Below, in pieces: positions 8,255-16,154 of a stretch of DNA of 39,939 nucleotides (positions are counted from its first letter, which is position 1; each line of letters begins with the position of its first letter). The stretch lies in the IMG/VR virus record IMGVR_UViG_3300022190_001504, positions 1 through 39,939 of that record, one strand, 5' to 3'. The DNA comes from a virus (lineage: Duplodnaviria; Caudoviricetes). The notes under the pieces were generated by a model. The model did no database searches. It saw nothing but the letters and a program-made list of their open reading frames with translations, and was not told the DNA's origin. Both the position numbers and the translations under genes were made by a program.

Positions 8255-8578
8255 ATGATCAAGAAGAAGCCTCGGCAACGCATCTTCCTGCGCGAATGGC
8301 GCAAGCATCGCGGCATTACGCAGGAAGGGCTTGCTGAGCGGATCGGCATTGACCGGACGATTGTTTCCAAGATCGAAACCGGGAAACTCGACTACCATCA
8401 GGCTTTTCTTGAGGCCGCATCGTATGCGCTGATGTGCGAACCCGCTGACCTGCTTGTCCGCGACCCCACAGCGCCCGAGGCGATCTGGTCGATATGGGAC
8501 CGCATTCCGCCCGCCGAACGCCCCAAGGCGCAAGCCGTTCTCCAGGCACTCACTAACACAACGAAAAAGACGGCCTAG
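8255..8578 (+). CDS. cI: CI-like XRE-family repressor lacking the S24 peptidase domain
   Basis: LREWRKHRGITQEGLAERIGIDRTIVSKIETGK HTH; flanked by operators. Confidence 0.88.
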   Translation: MIKKKPRQRIFLREWRKHRGITQEGLAERIGIDRTIVSKIETGKLDYHQAFLEAASYALMCEPADLLVRDPTAPEAIWSIWDRIPPAERPKAQAVLQALTNTTKKTA

Positions 8579-8584
8579 AAAAAA

Positions 8585-8638
8585 GTGCACGCGGTGCACA
8601 AATAAGACTTGCAAGGTGACGTGCACCTAGTGCACATT
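8585..8638 (+). promoter_or_regulatory. OL-like operators and early promoter
   Basis: GTGCAC-GCG-GTGCAC (8585-8599), GTGCAC-CTA-GTGCAC (8621-8635); TTGCAA-N18-CACATT. Confidence 0.8.
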
Positions 8639-8662
8639 GGCTCCAACGAAAGAGGAGCCAAC

Positions 8663-9037
8663 ATGATCACCGCCGTAGAGAGACAAGCCGAAACAATCAG
8701 CCTTAGCGGCGCGGAAGCTGGCCGCGCGATCTGGCTGGCTGTTGACTGCGCCATTGAGGCGGGCCTGCCCGCCAACCGCGCGCGCCGCGTGTTTGACAGC
8801 ATGCTGGACGCCATCGTGGACGACATGCCCGCCGACAGCAGCGAGCTGTTCAGCGCGTCCGCATACGAAGCAATCCCGATGTCGGCCACCTCGACCGTGG
8901 AGCGCGCCGAGATCGACCGCAACGCGTGGCGCGCTTACGCCTCGTATTGCGAGGACGCCGCCGCCGACATGGAAGCGCAGGCGATTGACCACGCCTACGA
9001 CACGGCCCGTGACGAGCGTCTCATGGGTGCAGCATGA
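8663..9037 (+). CDS. Hypothetical early protein
   Basis: AGGAG SD before ATG 8663; first gene of the rightward operon. Confidence 0.75.
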   Translation: MITAVERQAETISLSGAEAGRAIWLAVDCAIEAGLPANRARRVFDSMLDAIVDDMPADSSELFSASAYEAIPMSATSTVERAEIDRNAWRAYASYCEDAAADMEAQAIDHAYDTARDERLMGAA

Positions 9038-9246
9038 GCGCCCGCCGCATCATCACCGAGTACGTCCACCCGCCTATCCCGATGCGCAACAACGACTGGC
9101 GCGCGACGCGTGAAGGCGACGACGAGGATTACATCGTCGGCTGGGGCTCCACCGAACAGGACGCCATCGACGACCTGGTCGCTGAAGAGGGCGCAGCGCA
9201 GGACGAGGCGGAAGCCCGTGCGGCGCGGAAGGCGGTGTCGAAATGA
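9034..9246 (+). CDS. Hypothetical early protein
   Basis: ATGA-coupled; PPIP..DW.A..GWGSTEQDAIDDL. Confidence 0.75.
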   Translation: MSARRIITEYVHPPIPMRNNDWRATREGDDEDYIVGWGSTEQDAIDDLVAEEGAAQDEAEARAARKAVSK

Positions 9247-9407
9247 TCGCGCAGCTTCAATCCCTCACCCGCCCCGCCTTTGATCTTGAGCGCCACCTGT
9301 CGCGCTCTGCCGAGGTGTCGGCGTTCAATCTCACCGACCACATGCGCAAGCGCCAGACCGTCAACGTGGTGCGCTCGACGTGCGCCAAGCTGCGGAGGGC
9401 GATATGA
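9243..9407 (+). CDS. 54-aa hypothetical protein (not in ORF track)
   Basis: MIAQLQSLTRPAFDLERHL...KLRRAI; ATGA overlaps at both ends. Confidence 0.65.
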   Translation: MIAQLQSLTRPAFDLERHLSRSAEVSAFNLTDHMRKRQTVNVVRSTCAKLRRAI

Positions 9408-9583
9408 GCAACGTCATCCCCCTCCGCCCCCACGCCCCGCGCCCCGTCGTTGACGACACCATCCGCGCTGACTGCGAGCGCCTGATGCGGAGGCTTGTGC
9501 GTGACGGCCGCACGCCAGAGGCCGAGATGCGATTGTTGGCGGACTTGCTGGACCACATCATTGTGCGGGTGGAGGAAGCATGA
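9404..9583 (+). CDS. Hypothetical early protein
   Basis: Start MSNVIPLRP after GGAGG; coupled. Confidence 0.7.
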   Translation: MSNVIPLRPHAPRPVVDDTIRADCERLMRRLVRDGRTPEAEMRLLADLLDHIIVRVEEA

Positions 9584-9696
9584 CCCCCGACGAAATCGAC
9601 CGCCTCTATAACGCCGTGATGCTCGCCGCGCCGATGGCTGCTGTGGGCGTGGTGATGTTCCTGGTTGTGTGGCTCTGGCCTGTGAGGAAGAGATGA
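9580..9696 (+). CDS. 38-aa single-TM peptide (not in ORF track)
   Basis: MTPDEIDRLYNAVMLAAPMAAVGVVMFLVVWLWPVRKR; GGAGG SD; ATGA overlaps at both ends. Confidence 0.7.
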   Translation: MTPDEIDRLYNAVMLAAPMAAVGVVMFLVVWLWPVRKR

Positions 9697-10019
9697 CCCA
9701 CCCCCACGAACGCGCGCTGGAGGCGGCTGCAAGGGCCATGATTGATATGAGCGCGCTTGGGCCTTGGCATCGCCTCGACAATCCTGAGAAGAGCGCAGCT
9801 TTAGACCAAGCCCACGCCGCCGTCACCGCGTATCTCGACGCGCTTCAAGACACACATGCGCTTGTGCCGAGGGAGGCGACGGAAGAGATGGTGTCAGCGT
9901 TTTTCAAGGCGCGAGACGTTCTTCGCTCTACGGATTTTCCGCGCCCCACGCTGCCGTCTTACACGTGGCGCGCCATGATCGACGCCGCCCCTCCAGCAGC
10001 ACAGGACCCCCGCCCATGA
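9693..10019 (+). CDS. Hypothetical phage protein
   Basis: LVPREATEEM...WRAMIDAAP motif common in phage small proteins. Confidence 0.75.
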   Translation: MTHPHERALEAAARAMIDMSALGPWHRLDNPEKSAALDQAHAAVTAYLDALQDTHALVPREATEEMVSAFFKARDVLRSTDFPRPTLPSYTWRAMIDAAPPAAQDPRP

Positions 10020-10231
10020 TGCCCGAAATGACCGACTTCGAAGTTTTGAAAAAGCTTCTGGAATATCGCGTCACGCTGAGACGGCGCGGCGGCAACGAGC
10101 CGGACTTTACGCACTACCTGATTTCCATTGAGCGCGGCGATGCAATGAAAAGCGTGCAAATCGACAAATCGCAATGGGACACGTCAGCCGCAGCGCACGC
10201 CATGCGCCTGTTGTTGCACACCGTTGAGTGA
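10016..10231 (+). CDS. Hypothetical protein
   Basis: ATGA-coupled start MMPEMTDF. Confidence 0.65.
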   Translation: MMPEMTDFEVLKKLLEYRVTLRRRGGNEPDFTHYLISIERGDAMKSVQIDKSQWDTSAAAHAMRLLLHTVE

Positions 10232-10249
10232 AATGAAGGACCCCCGCCC

Positions 10250-10546
10250 ATGAGCACGACGCCAACAGCCGTACTGATTGAGGCGCTGACGGCACTCCAA
10301 CTGGACGAGTCCGACAAAGCCGCAGCGCATGACCTCCGCGCCGCAGCCATCCGGCTCGAAGAGCTGGAGCGGGAGAATGCGAGGCTGCGGGAGGCGCTGA
10401 AGCCGTTTGCTGACGAAGGTGAGCAAAGGCTGGAGTCGCTTGGCACCGAAGACGCAAAGCGACTGCTTGGCATATCGCTCACCGGGCTGATGGTCGAGCA
10501 TCTCAATGCCGCACGCGCAGCACTAGCGGGGAGCGGGGAGAAGTGA
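10250..10546 (+). CDS. Hypothetical coiled-coil protein
   Basis: LEELERENARLREALKPFA..ARAALAG. Confidence 0.75.
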   Translation: MSTTPTAVLIEALTALQLDESDKAAAHDLRAAAIRLEELERENARLREALKPFADEGEQRLESLGTEDAKRLLGISLTGLMVEHLNAARAALAGSGEK

Positions 10547-10755
10547 GCACGTTCGCGCTCAATCGACGCCAGGCTGCCGAGTTCGTCGGGGTATCCCCCA
10601 CGACATTCGACAAGCTCGTTGAGCGCGGACATATGCCCAAGGCCCGCCAGTATCCCGAAACGCGCCGGATGTTCTGGTTGCGCACGGAACTGGAGGAGAC
10701 GCTTAACGAATTGCCAACGGTCGAGGCTAACCCTTACGCTGGGGTTCGCCTGTGA
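10543..10755 (+). CDS. xis: Excisionase (AlpA/MerR-like HTH)
   Basis: LNRRQAAEFVGVSPTTFDKLVERGHMPK; directly upstream of integrase. Confidence 0.85.
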   Translation: MSTFALNRRQAAEFVGVSPTTFDKLVERGHMPKARQYPETRRMFWLRTELEETLNELPTVEANPYAGVRL

Positions 10756-11900
10756 GGCCGGATATGGCATCGATCGAATGGAAAGGCATCACGCGCGACG
10801 TGAGCCGACACGGCAAGGTGCGCTGGTATTTCAGGGCGCCGGGAAAGCCGCGTGTCAGGCTGCAAGGCGAGCCCGGCAGTGAGGAGTTTGCCCTAGCCTA
10901 CTTCGCAGCCCGCAATGGCGAGCCCGCGCCGCCCGTGCGCTCCACAGGACCGCGACGGGGGACATTCGGCTATATCGTGCGCCACTACCTGACGAGCCGC
11001 GATTTCAAGGCGCTGGACCGCAGGCTGACGCAGCGCCCGCGCGAGAGGCTGCTTGAAGCGCTGGACGAAAAGATAGGCCATCTGCCCGCGATGATCGACC
11101 CAATGACGATCCGGCTGGGGGTGAAAACGCGGACCTATGCGCAGGGCAAGGACTTCCTCGCCGCGTTGCGCGCCGTGTACCGGCTGGCCTGCGATGACGG
11201 GTTGGTCCCGTCAGATCCAACGGCAGGCATCAGGCGCAAGCCAAACGTCACCGAAGGCCACAGGACGTGGACGGCTGAAGATTGCAAGGCATATGAGGAA
11301 AAGCACCCGCTCGGAACGCAGGCGAGGACGGCTTACGCCATCGGGCTCTACACAGCCCAGCGCATATCCGACGCCGTGAAGATCGGCAGGCCGCATGAGC
11401 GCGACGGGCGCTTGCGCTTTGTCCAGGCGAAGAACGCCGGGCGCCGGCCAGTGTCGATCGACGTTCCCATAGCTCCGCCATTGCGTGCCGCGCTGGACGC
11501 ATGGCAGGGCAAGGGCCTGACCTACCTGGAAACGGCCTACGGCCAGCCCTTCGCCACCGGAAAGGGCCTACAGAACAAGTTTCGGGAATGGTGCCGGGAG
11601 GCAGGGGTACACCCTGATTGCAGCTTCCACGGGCTTCGGAAGGCCACAGCGGCGCGAATGGCCGAGGCGGGCTGCACGCCACATCAGATCATGGCGGTAC
11701 TCGGCCACAGCACGCACCAGCAGGCTGCGACATACACCGCGAAGGCTCAGCGGGCCGGTCTGGCAGACGATGCAATGGGCGCTGTTTTTGGCCGGTCTGT
11801 CTCACCCATCCTTCCGGGTGCGACAATTCTCAGAAAACCGCAAGCAAAACAGATGCTTGCAAAACCGCTGGCAGTCCCTAGGGGAAAGGACAAAGCGTGA
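10752..11900 (+). CDS. int: Tyrosine integrase
   Basis: Catalytic R (QRISD), K (QAKN), HGLR, LGH, Y (ATYT); N-terminal arm-binding RHGKVRWYFR. Confidence 0.95.
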   Translation: MRPDMASIEWKGITRDVSRHGKVRWYFRAPGKPRVRLQGEPGSEEFALAYFAARNGEPAPPVRSTGPRRGTFGYIVRHYLTSRDFKALDRRLTQRPRERLLEALDEKIGHLPAMIDPMTIRLGVKTRTYAQGKDFLAALRAVYRLACDDGLVPSDPTAGIRRKPNVTEGHRTWTAEDCKAYEEKHPLGTQARTAYAIGLYTAQRISDAVKIGRPHERDGRLRFVQAKNAGRRPVSIDVPIAPPLRAALDAWQGKGLTYLETAYGQPFATGKGLQNKFREWCREAGVHPDCSFHGLRKATAARMAEAGCTPHQIMAVLGHSTHQQAATYTAKAQRAGLADDAMGAVFGRSVSPILPGATILRKPQAKQMLAKPLAVPRGKDKA

Positions 11901-11980
11901 CGGATCAAGGCGCTATTGGCAAGGTGAGACAATAGCCGCGCCGTGATGATTCAAGGCGTTGCTAGAGGGTCTGTCGCACC
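11794..11980. other. attP: core 11869-11885 matching a tRNA (probably Glu) 3' end, with arm-type sites
   Basis: Minus strand TCCCCTAGGGACTGCCA (T-stem half, acceptor half, G, CCA); TGTC(T/G)CACC at 11798 and 11972, inverted at 11817 and 11923. Confidence 0.8.
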
Positions 11981-11981
11981 T

Positions 11982-12074
11982 TCAAAGCCGCCCCAACACC
12001 ACCGCGAACCAGACCAGCGCGCTTGCGCCTGAGATTGCCAGAAGCAGCATCTTGCAGAACGGCACGCATCTCAT
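11982..12074 (-). CDS. 30-aa hydrophobic peptide (not in ORF track)
   Basis: MRCVPFCKMLLLAISGASALVWFAVVLGRL; ATGA overlap with upstream stop. Confidence 0.45.
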   Translation of the reverse strand: MRCVPFCKMLLLAISGASALVWFAVVLGRL

Positions 12075-12292
12075 TGCCGCACATGCACCCGGATTACCCG
12101 TTCAGGGTAGAACCGCCCGCCAGCTTCAACGAGACATTGCCCGTCGCGGTAGGTCACACGCAGGCCGCTATCAGCCCAGCGCGCCGCGCAATCATGCGCA
12201 TGGCCGGCGACAAACACCCACGCGCCGACGGTCCCGGCGACACACAGCGCGACAGCGCCGAGCATCGCCGGGTTCGTTACACGTACCTGCAA
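12071..12292 (-). CDS. Small membrane-anchored protein
   Basis: N-terminal TM segment followed by a small domain with two Cys. Confidence 0.6.
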   Translation of the reverse strand: MQVRVTNPAMLGAVALCVAGTVGAWVFVAGHAHDCAARWADSGLRVTYRDGQCLVEAGGRFYPERVIRVHVRQ

Positions 12293-12529
12293 TTAGCTGA
12301 ACTTCGGACGCAGCGACCAGAGCATGTGCCAGACGATCAGCCACACCGCATACAGCGCGAGGCCGTCAAGGATGGTGTCCAGCCCGATGGATTTGTCATC
12401 GAACGGGTTCAGGCCGATCAGGCGAACGCCGACCAGCCAGGTGACGATTGCAACGTAGAAGAACCGGCGAACATTCATCCAGTTCACGGCGCCCCCCTTG
12501 CTTGTGATTTCCAGCCCGAGAATGTTCAC
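12293..12529 (-). CDS. 2-TM membrane protein (holin/antiholin candidate)
   Basis: GTG start after GGAG; two hydrophobic helices. Confidence 0.6.
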   Translation of the reverse strand: MNILGLEITSKGGAVNWMNVRRFFYVAIVTWLVGVRLIGLNPFDDKSIGLDTILDGLALYAVWLIVWHMLWSLRPKFS

Positions 12530-12539
12530 GTCAAGTCTC

Positions 12540-12815
12540 CTATGTTTTGCAAATGGCGGCATCAAACGCCGGAGGCCGCTTCTCCGGACAAGCGCAGAAG
12601 ATCGCGTTGTTGTGGTCCCCGATTGCCTCGGCGGTCGGGAGCGTCAGCACGTCGCCGCGCGAGATCAGGATCGGCGTCCCCGTGGTGCAGAGCGCCTCTT
12701 TCCAGATCGCGCCGCTAGTCGCGGAAATGATATTCGGGGAGGCTTTTGGTTCCGTCTGGCAGCTCGACAACAGCGGTATGGCTGCGCACAGCATCAGCCT
12801 CGCGAACGACTTCAT
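12540..12815 (-). CDS. o-spanin (Rz1-like lipoprotein)
   Basis: Signal peptide with lipobox LLSS-C; overlaps the i-spanin 3' end in another frame. Confidence 0.8.
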   Translation of the reverse strand: MKSFARLMLCAAIPLLSSCQTEPKASPNIISATSGAIWKEALCTTGTPILISRGDVLTLPTAEAIGDHNNAIFCACPEKRPPAFDAAICKT

Positions 12816-13017
12816 TTGTGTTTTCCGTGATCTGAGTGATAACTGCGGTTTCGACTTCAGCCGCTTCCTTGTCGCGCTGGTCGTTCACTTCCCTGCGGAT
12901 GCGCTTGTCGTGTTGCGACAGCAGGAACTTGCCGGTCAGCGCCATCATGAACAGCGCGCCGCACCACAGGAGCGCGGTTCGCGCCCATTGTGGGAGGCCC
13001 ATCCACAGCGCCATCAT
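12715..13017 (-). CDS. i-spanin (Rz-like)
   Basis: N-terminal TM plus helical periplasmic part; follows endolysin. Confidence 0.75.
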   Translation of the reverse strand: MMALWMGLPQWARTALLWCGALFMMALTGKFLLSQHDKRIRREVNDQRDKEAAEVETAVITQITENTNEVVREADAVRSHTAVVELPDGTKSLPEYHFRD

Positions 13018-14171
13018 TTGAGAGGCCGTGTCGCTTTGCGTTCTCCAATATGCTGGATGATCTCTCCAATAATCATGACCATGAAGCCTGAGAACATCTC
13101 CATCACGAGCGGATCAGAAACAGCGCCAAGAACCGCGTTGCTGCCAGTCTTGAGCATCCAGACACGGCCCGCCACAACCAGGAGAAGGCCCCAAAATCGG
13201 CGGGAGTAGATCATCGACTTGGCATTGGATGACCACTCCTCCGACTTTCTCGCAGCGTCTACAGCGCCGGTCTGTTGGCCGATGGGAACAGGCGGGTCAG
13301 GGAGCTTCGGAGGCGGCGCAGGCTTGGCCGGCGTAGTCGGCGGGGAGGCAATAACAATCCCCCCCGCCGTAGCCGGCGCGGGACCACGCAGCGCCGGTTT
13401 CTCGATGGGAGCAGACACCAGCGGAGGGTTGGGCTGGGGGGCTTCCTTCTCCGCTGGTTCCGCCTCGCCTGTCGCCGGCACGGCTTCAGGCTCAGCCTTT
13501 TTCGCGATCAGCTCTGACCACGGTTTCTTGATGGTGGATGACGTGTCGGGCGGCTTCGACGTATCGAGCCGCGCACGCATGAGGGTGTCCTCGAGCGACG
13601 TGCTTTCGTTCCGATCGATCTGCCCGCCTTCGGTCACTTGCAGCTTGATGACCGAGATGCTGCAAGCGTTCTCCCACGGGAGGTCGCAGAACAGGCACGC
13701 CTCGGCCAGCCTTCGCCGGTACAAGCCCTTCAGCGGGATGCCCGCAGCGCGGCAGTTGCGCGGGAACTGCAACAGCGCCGAGCCGTAGCTGCCCGGCGTC
13801 ATTACCTTGCCCGCGTCCGTCACGCCGCCATTCAAGCAGGCCTTTAACGATTTCGGGATGTACCCGAGATTGAACGCCAGCGACGTCAGCGCGTCGAACT
13901 CGCCTTGCGTGAGCGGCACTGTGATCTGGTCACGCACAATCTGCGCATGGCTCGCCACGTCCTCGTCCAGCAGCGCGTCGGCTTCAGCGAGCGTGATGCG
14001 CTTGCCGACAACCGCAACCGGCCCGGTCCTGCCGTATCCAATCGTCGGGATGCCGATAGGGTCGAGGTAGCCGGTAAGGCTCAGGCCCTCGAAGTGCCGT
14101 ATGAGGTCAACCGCCGCGCGCGACGGGTACAGCTCACTCGGCGGCCTGCGGCGGAGAATTTCTATCGCCAT
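13014..14171 (-). CDS. Endolysin, GH24 lysozyme with Pro-rich linker and C-terminal TM helices
   Basis: EGLSLTGYLDPIGIPTIGYG (E-x8-D-x5-T), QGEFDALTSLAFNLG, GLYRRRLAE. Confidence 0.9.
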   Translation of the reverse strand: MAIEILRRRPPSELYPSRAAVDLIRHFEGLSLTGYLDPIGIPTIGYGRTGPVAVVGKRITLAEADALLDEDVASHAQIVRDQITVPLTQGEFDALTSLAFNLGYIPKSLKACLNGGVTDAGKVMTPGSYGSALLQFPRNCRAAGIPLKGLYRRRLAEACLFCDLPWENACSISVIKLQVTEGGQIDRNESTSLEDTLMRARLDTSKPPDTSSTIKKPWSELIAKKAEPEAVPATGEAEPAEKEAPQPNPPLVSAPIEKPALRGPAPATAGGIVIASPPTTPAKPAPPPKLPDPPVPIGQQTGAVDAARKSEEWSSNAKSMIYSRRFWGLLLVVAGRVWMLKTGSNAVLGAVSDPLVMEMFSGFMVMIIGEIIQHIGERKATRPLK

Positions 14172-15141
14172 TGTCTTTGTCCTCCGAGAGATCGGCTTTG
14201 GTTTCGGTTCTGGCTTTGCGTAGGTCCTCGATCAGCCTTCGGCGGGCAGTTGTGCGCCCCCCGCGCGATCCGTTCTCCTGCGCTTCCTTGCGCTTCGACA
14301 TGCCCATCTGGACGGCAAGCAAAGCCTGCGCGCCGACAGATCCGCACGCCTCGAGCAAGATCACCCAGAACAGCGCGAAGGCGTCACGGAACGTCACGCC
14401 ATCGAAGCCGGGGAAATAGCGCGCGGGAGCCTGGAACACGGCGGGCAAGGCCGGATCGCCAATGGCCGCTTCCGTCGCCTGCTGACGCGCGCCGAGGCGG
14501 TCAGTCTCTGCGGCTGCAATCTTCGCGTCCTGCTCGTCCAGCTTGGCTTGCGCCTCGGTCTGGTATTGCGCGATGTTGCGTTCATAGGTCGAGACGTCAT
14601 CGTTGCGGCTGTTGCCGTCATCGAGGACGAGGTTCATCGACTGACGCGCGGCTGCTACCAACTGGTCACGGTCGGCGCGTATCGCCACCTTTTCCTTCTC
14701 GGCGCGTGCAATGATCGTGTCGGCGCTTTCCGTCGATGCGCTTTCGGTCTGCGTGACGGCTGCGCTCTTGCGGTAGTGGTAGTCATTCCCCTCGGTCACG
14801 AAGCCCAAAGCCGCGACACCGCAAGCCAGCAGGCCCATCACCCAGATGAAGCGCAGCGTGCGGCCGGCAGCGGGGTTGATCTTGTTTGTCTTGAGCCAGA
14901 CAATCGCGAGGCCGCCGAAGATGACGAACGTGCGGAACACGATGCCAATGCACTGAAAGGCAAACTCCATTCCGGGCGGCGCAAGGCTCCGGTAGAACAT
15001 CGAGTCGAAATAGTAGAGCGCCAGACACGCCAGCCCGACTGCAAACCACAGCGCACTGAATGTTACAAAAGCGACTGTAAATGCGGGCGCATGGTCTTTC
15101 ATCCATCGCCCAAAGTGTGCAGCCCGGTCCCAGCCCGTCAT
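14134..15141 (-). CDS. Multi-TM protein with long coiled coil (DUF4407-like topology)
   Basis: Three N-terminal TM helices, coiled coil, fourth TM, basic tail. Confidence 0.75.
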   Translation of the reverse strand: MTGWDRAAHFGRWMKDHAPAFTVAFVTFSALWFAVGLACLALYYFDSMFYRSLAPPGMEFAFQCIGIVFRTFVIFGGLAIVWLKTNKINPAAGRTLRFIWVMGLLACGVAALGFVTEGNDYHYRKSAAVTQTESASTESADTIIARAEKEKVAIRADRDQLVAAARQSMNLVLDDGNSRNDDVSTYERNIAQYQTEAQAKLDEQDAKIAAAETDRLGARQQATEAAIGDPALPAVFQAPARYFPGFDGVTFRDAFALFWVILLEACGSVGAQALLAVQMGMSKRKEAQENGSRGGRTTARRRLIEDLRKARTETKADLSEDKDNGDRNSPPQAAE

Positions 15142-15653
15142 CTAGTTATCCTGCCATGATTTGTGTGATACCCGTTCTGCCGCTCAGATTGTTTTCTGAC
15201 GGCAGCAGCTTCCTCCAATGTCTTGAAGCGCCCTAAGTTCTTCATTCGTCCGGTCGCGTCTTTAATTCTCGCGACCCACTTTCCGTTCACCTTGTCCCAG
15301 CTAACGCCCATGACGCCGCTTTTGTTTTTGGCGGTCAGCGACAGGTTTTTTCTGTTTTCTGATTGAGTAACCGGGCGAATGTTTGCGCGCCTGTTGTCGG
15401 CCTTGTCGCCGTTGATATGATCAACCTGAATGGGCCATTCGCCTGTTTCCATCGCGATGATGACGCGATGCGCAAGCATGACGATGCCGCGATAGTTGGT
15501 CTGCCAGTATCCGTGACTGCCCTTCGACGTGAAAGCCTGCTTGCCCCGAACATGGGGCATGACACCTTCGTCAAAGGACCATGTGAGATTGCCCGTCTCA
15601 CCGTCATAGACAAATATTCTACGGAGCGTTTCAATAGGAACTGTCTTGGTCAT
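15138..15653 (-). CDS. HNH homing endonuclease with AP2 domain
   Basis: AHRVI, VDHINGDKADNRRANIR, NKSGVMGVSW..KWVARI, LGRFKTLEEAAAVR; lower GC than flanks. Confidence 0.92.
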   Translation of the reverse strand: MTKTVPIETLRRIFVYDGETGNLTWSFDEGVMPHVRGKQAFTSKGSHGYWQTNYRGIVMLAHRVIIAMETGEWPIQVDHINGDKADNRRANIRPVTQSENRKNLSLTAKNKSGVMGVSWDKVNGKWVARIKDATGRMKNLGRFKTLEEAAAVRKQSERQNGYHTNHGRITR

Positions 15654-15721
15654 GGCACCCTCTTATTGAGAGTTATTTTATGCCATAAAACAGACTGGTA
15701 TCCCACTCGCTGACGAGAGTT

Positions 15722-16129
15722 TTACCGCCCCATCCCCTGAAACTCGGCCCATCTCTCCAAGCCGAGTTGCAACACCGCGAAGCAGCCAACGGCCATGAGG
15801 ACCCATCCCGCAACCGGGATACGCGCCCACATGCTGACTTTTTGCTGGTCCTGCACCTGCGCAATTTCGCGCTTGTGCGTGGATAGGTCCGTCCGCAAAT
15901 GCTCTATTGTCTCAACCAGCTTCTGCAGCGCGTGGCGCACTTCCTGGCTATCGGATTGCAGAGATGCGAACTTGGTCCGCATCTCGGTTTCGATTGCCGT
16001 CACCTTGGAGACGATCTGGTCCACATCCTCACCATTTGCTTTGCGTTTCCGCAGTTGTTCCACGTCCTCCCCAAGTTCACGCAGTTCGCGTTTGAACGCC
16101 TTGAGGCGCTCGTTGAAATCGTCATCCAT
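15722..16129 (-). CDS. Coiled-coil protein with C-terminal TM (lysis-associated candidate)
   Basis: Heptad-rich N-terminus, single C-terminal hydrophobic helix. Confidence 0.7.
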   Translation of the reverse strand: MDDDFNERLKAFKRELRELGEDVEQLRKRKANGEDVDQIVSKVTAIETEMRTKFASLQSDSQEVRHALQKLVETIEHLRTDLSTHKREIAQVQDQQKVSMWARIPVAGWVLMAVGCFAVLQLGLERWAEFQGMGR

Positions 16130-16154
16130 TGTCCCAGCCTTTTAGGTTCGTGCG

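Noticed and set aside
11869-11886. tRNA gene
   Set aside because: Only the 3' ~17 nt are present; treated as attP core
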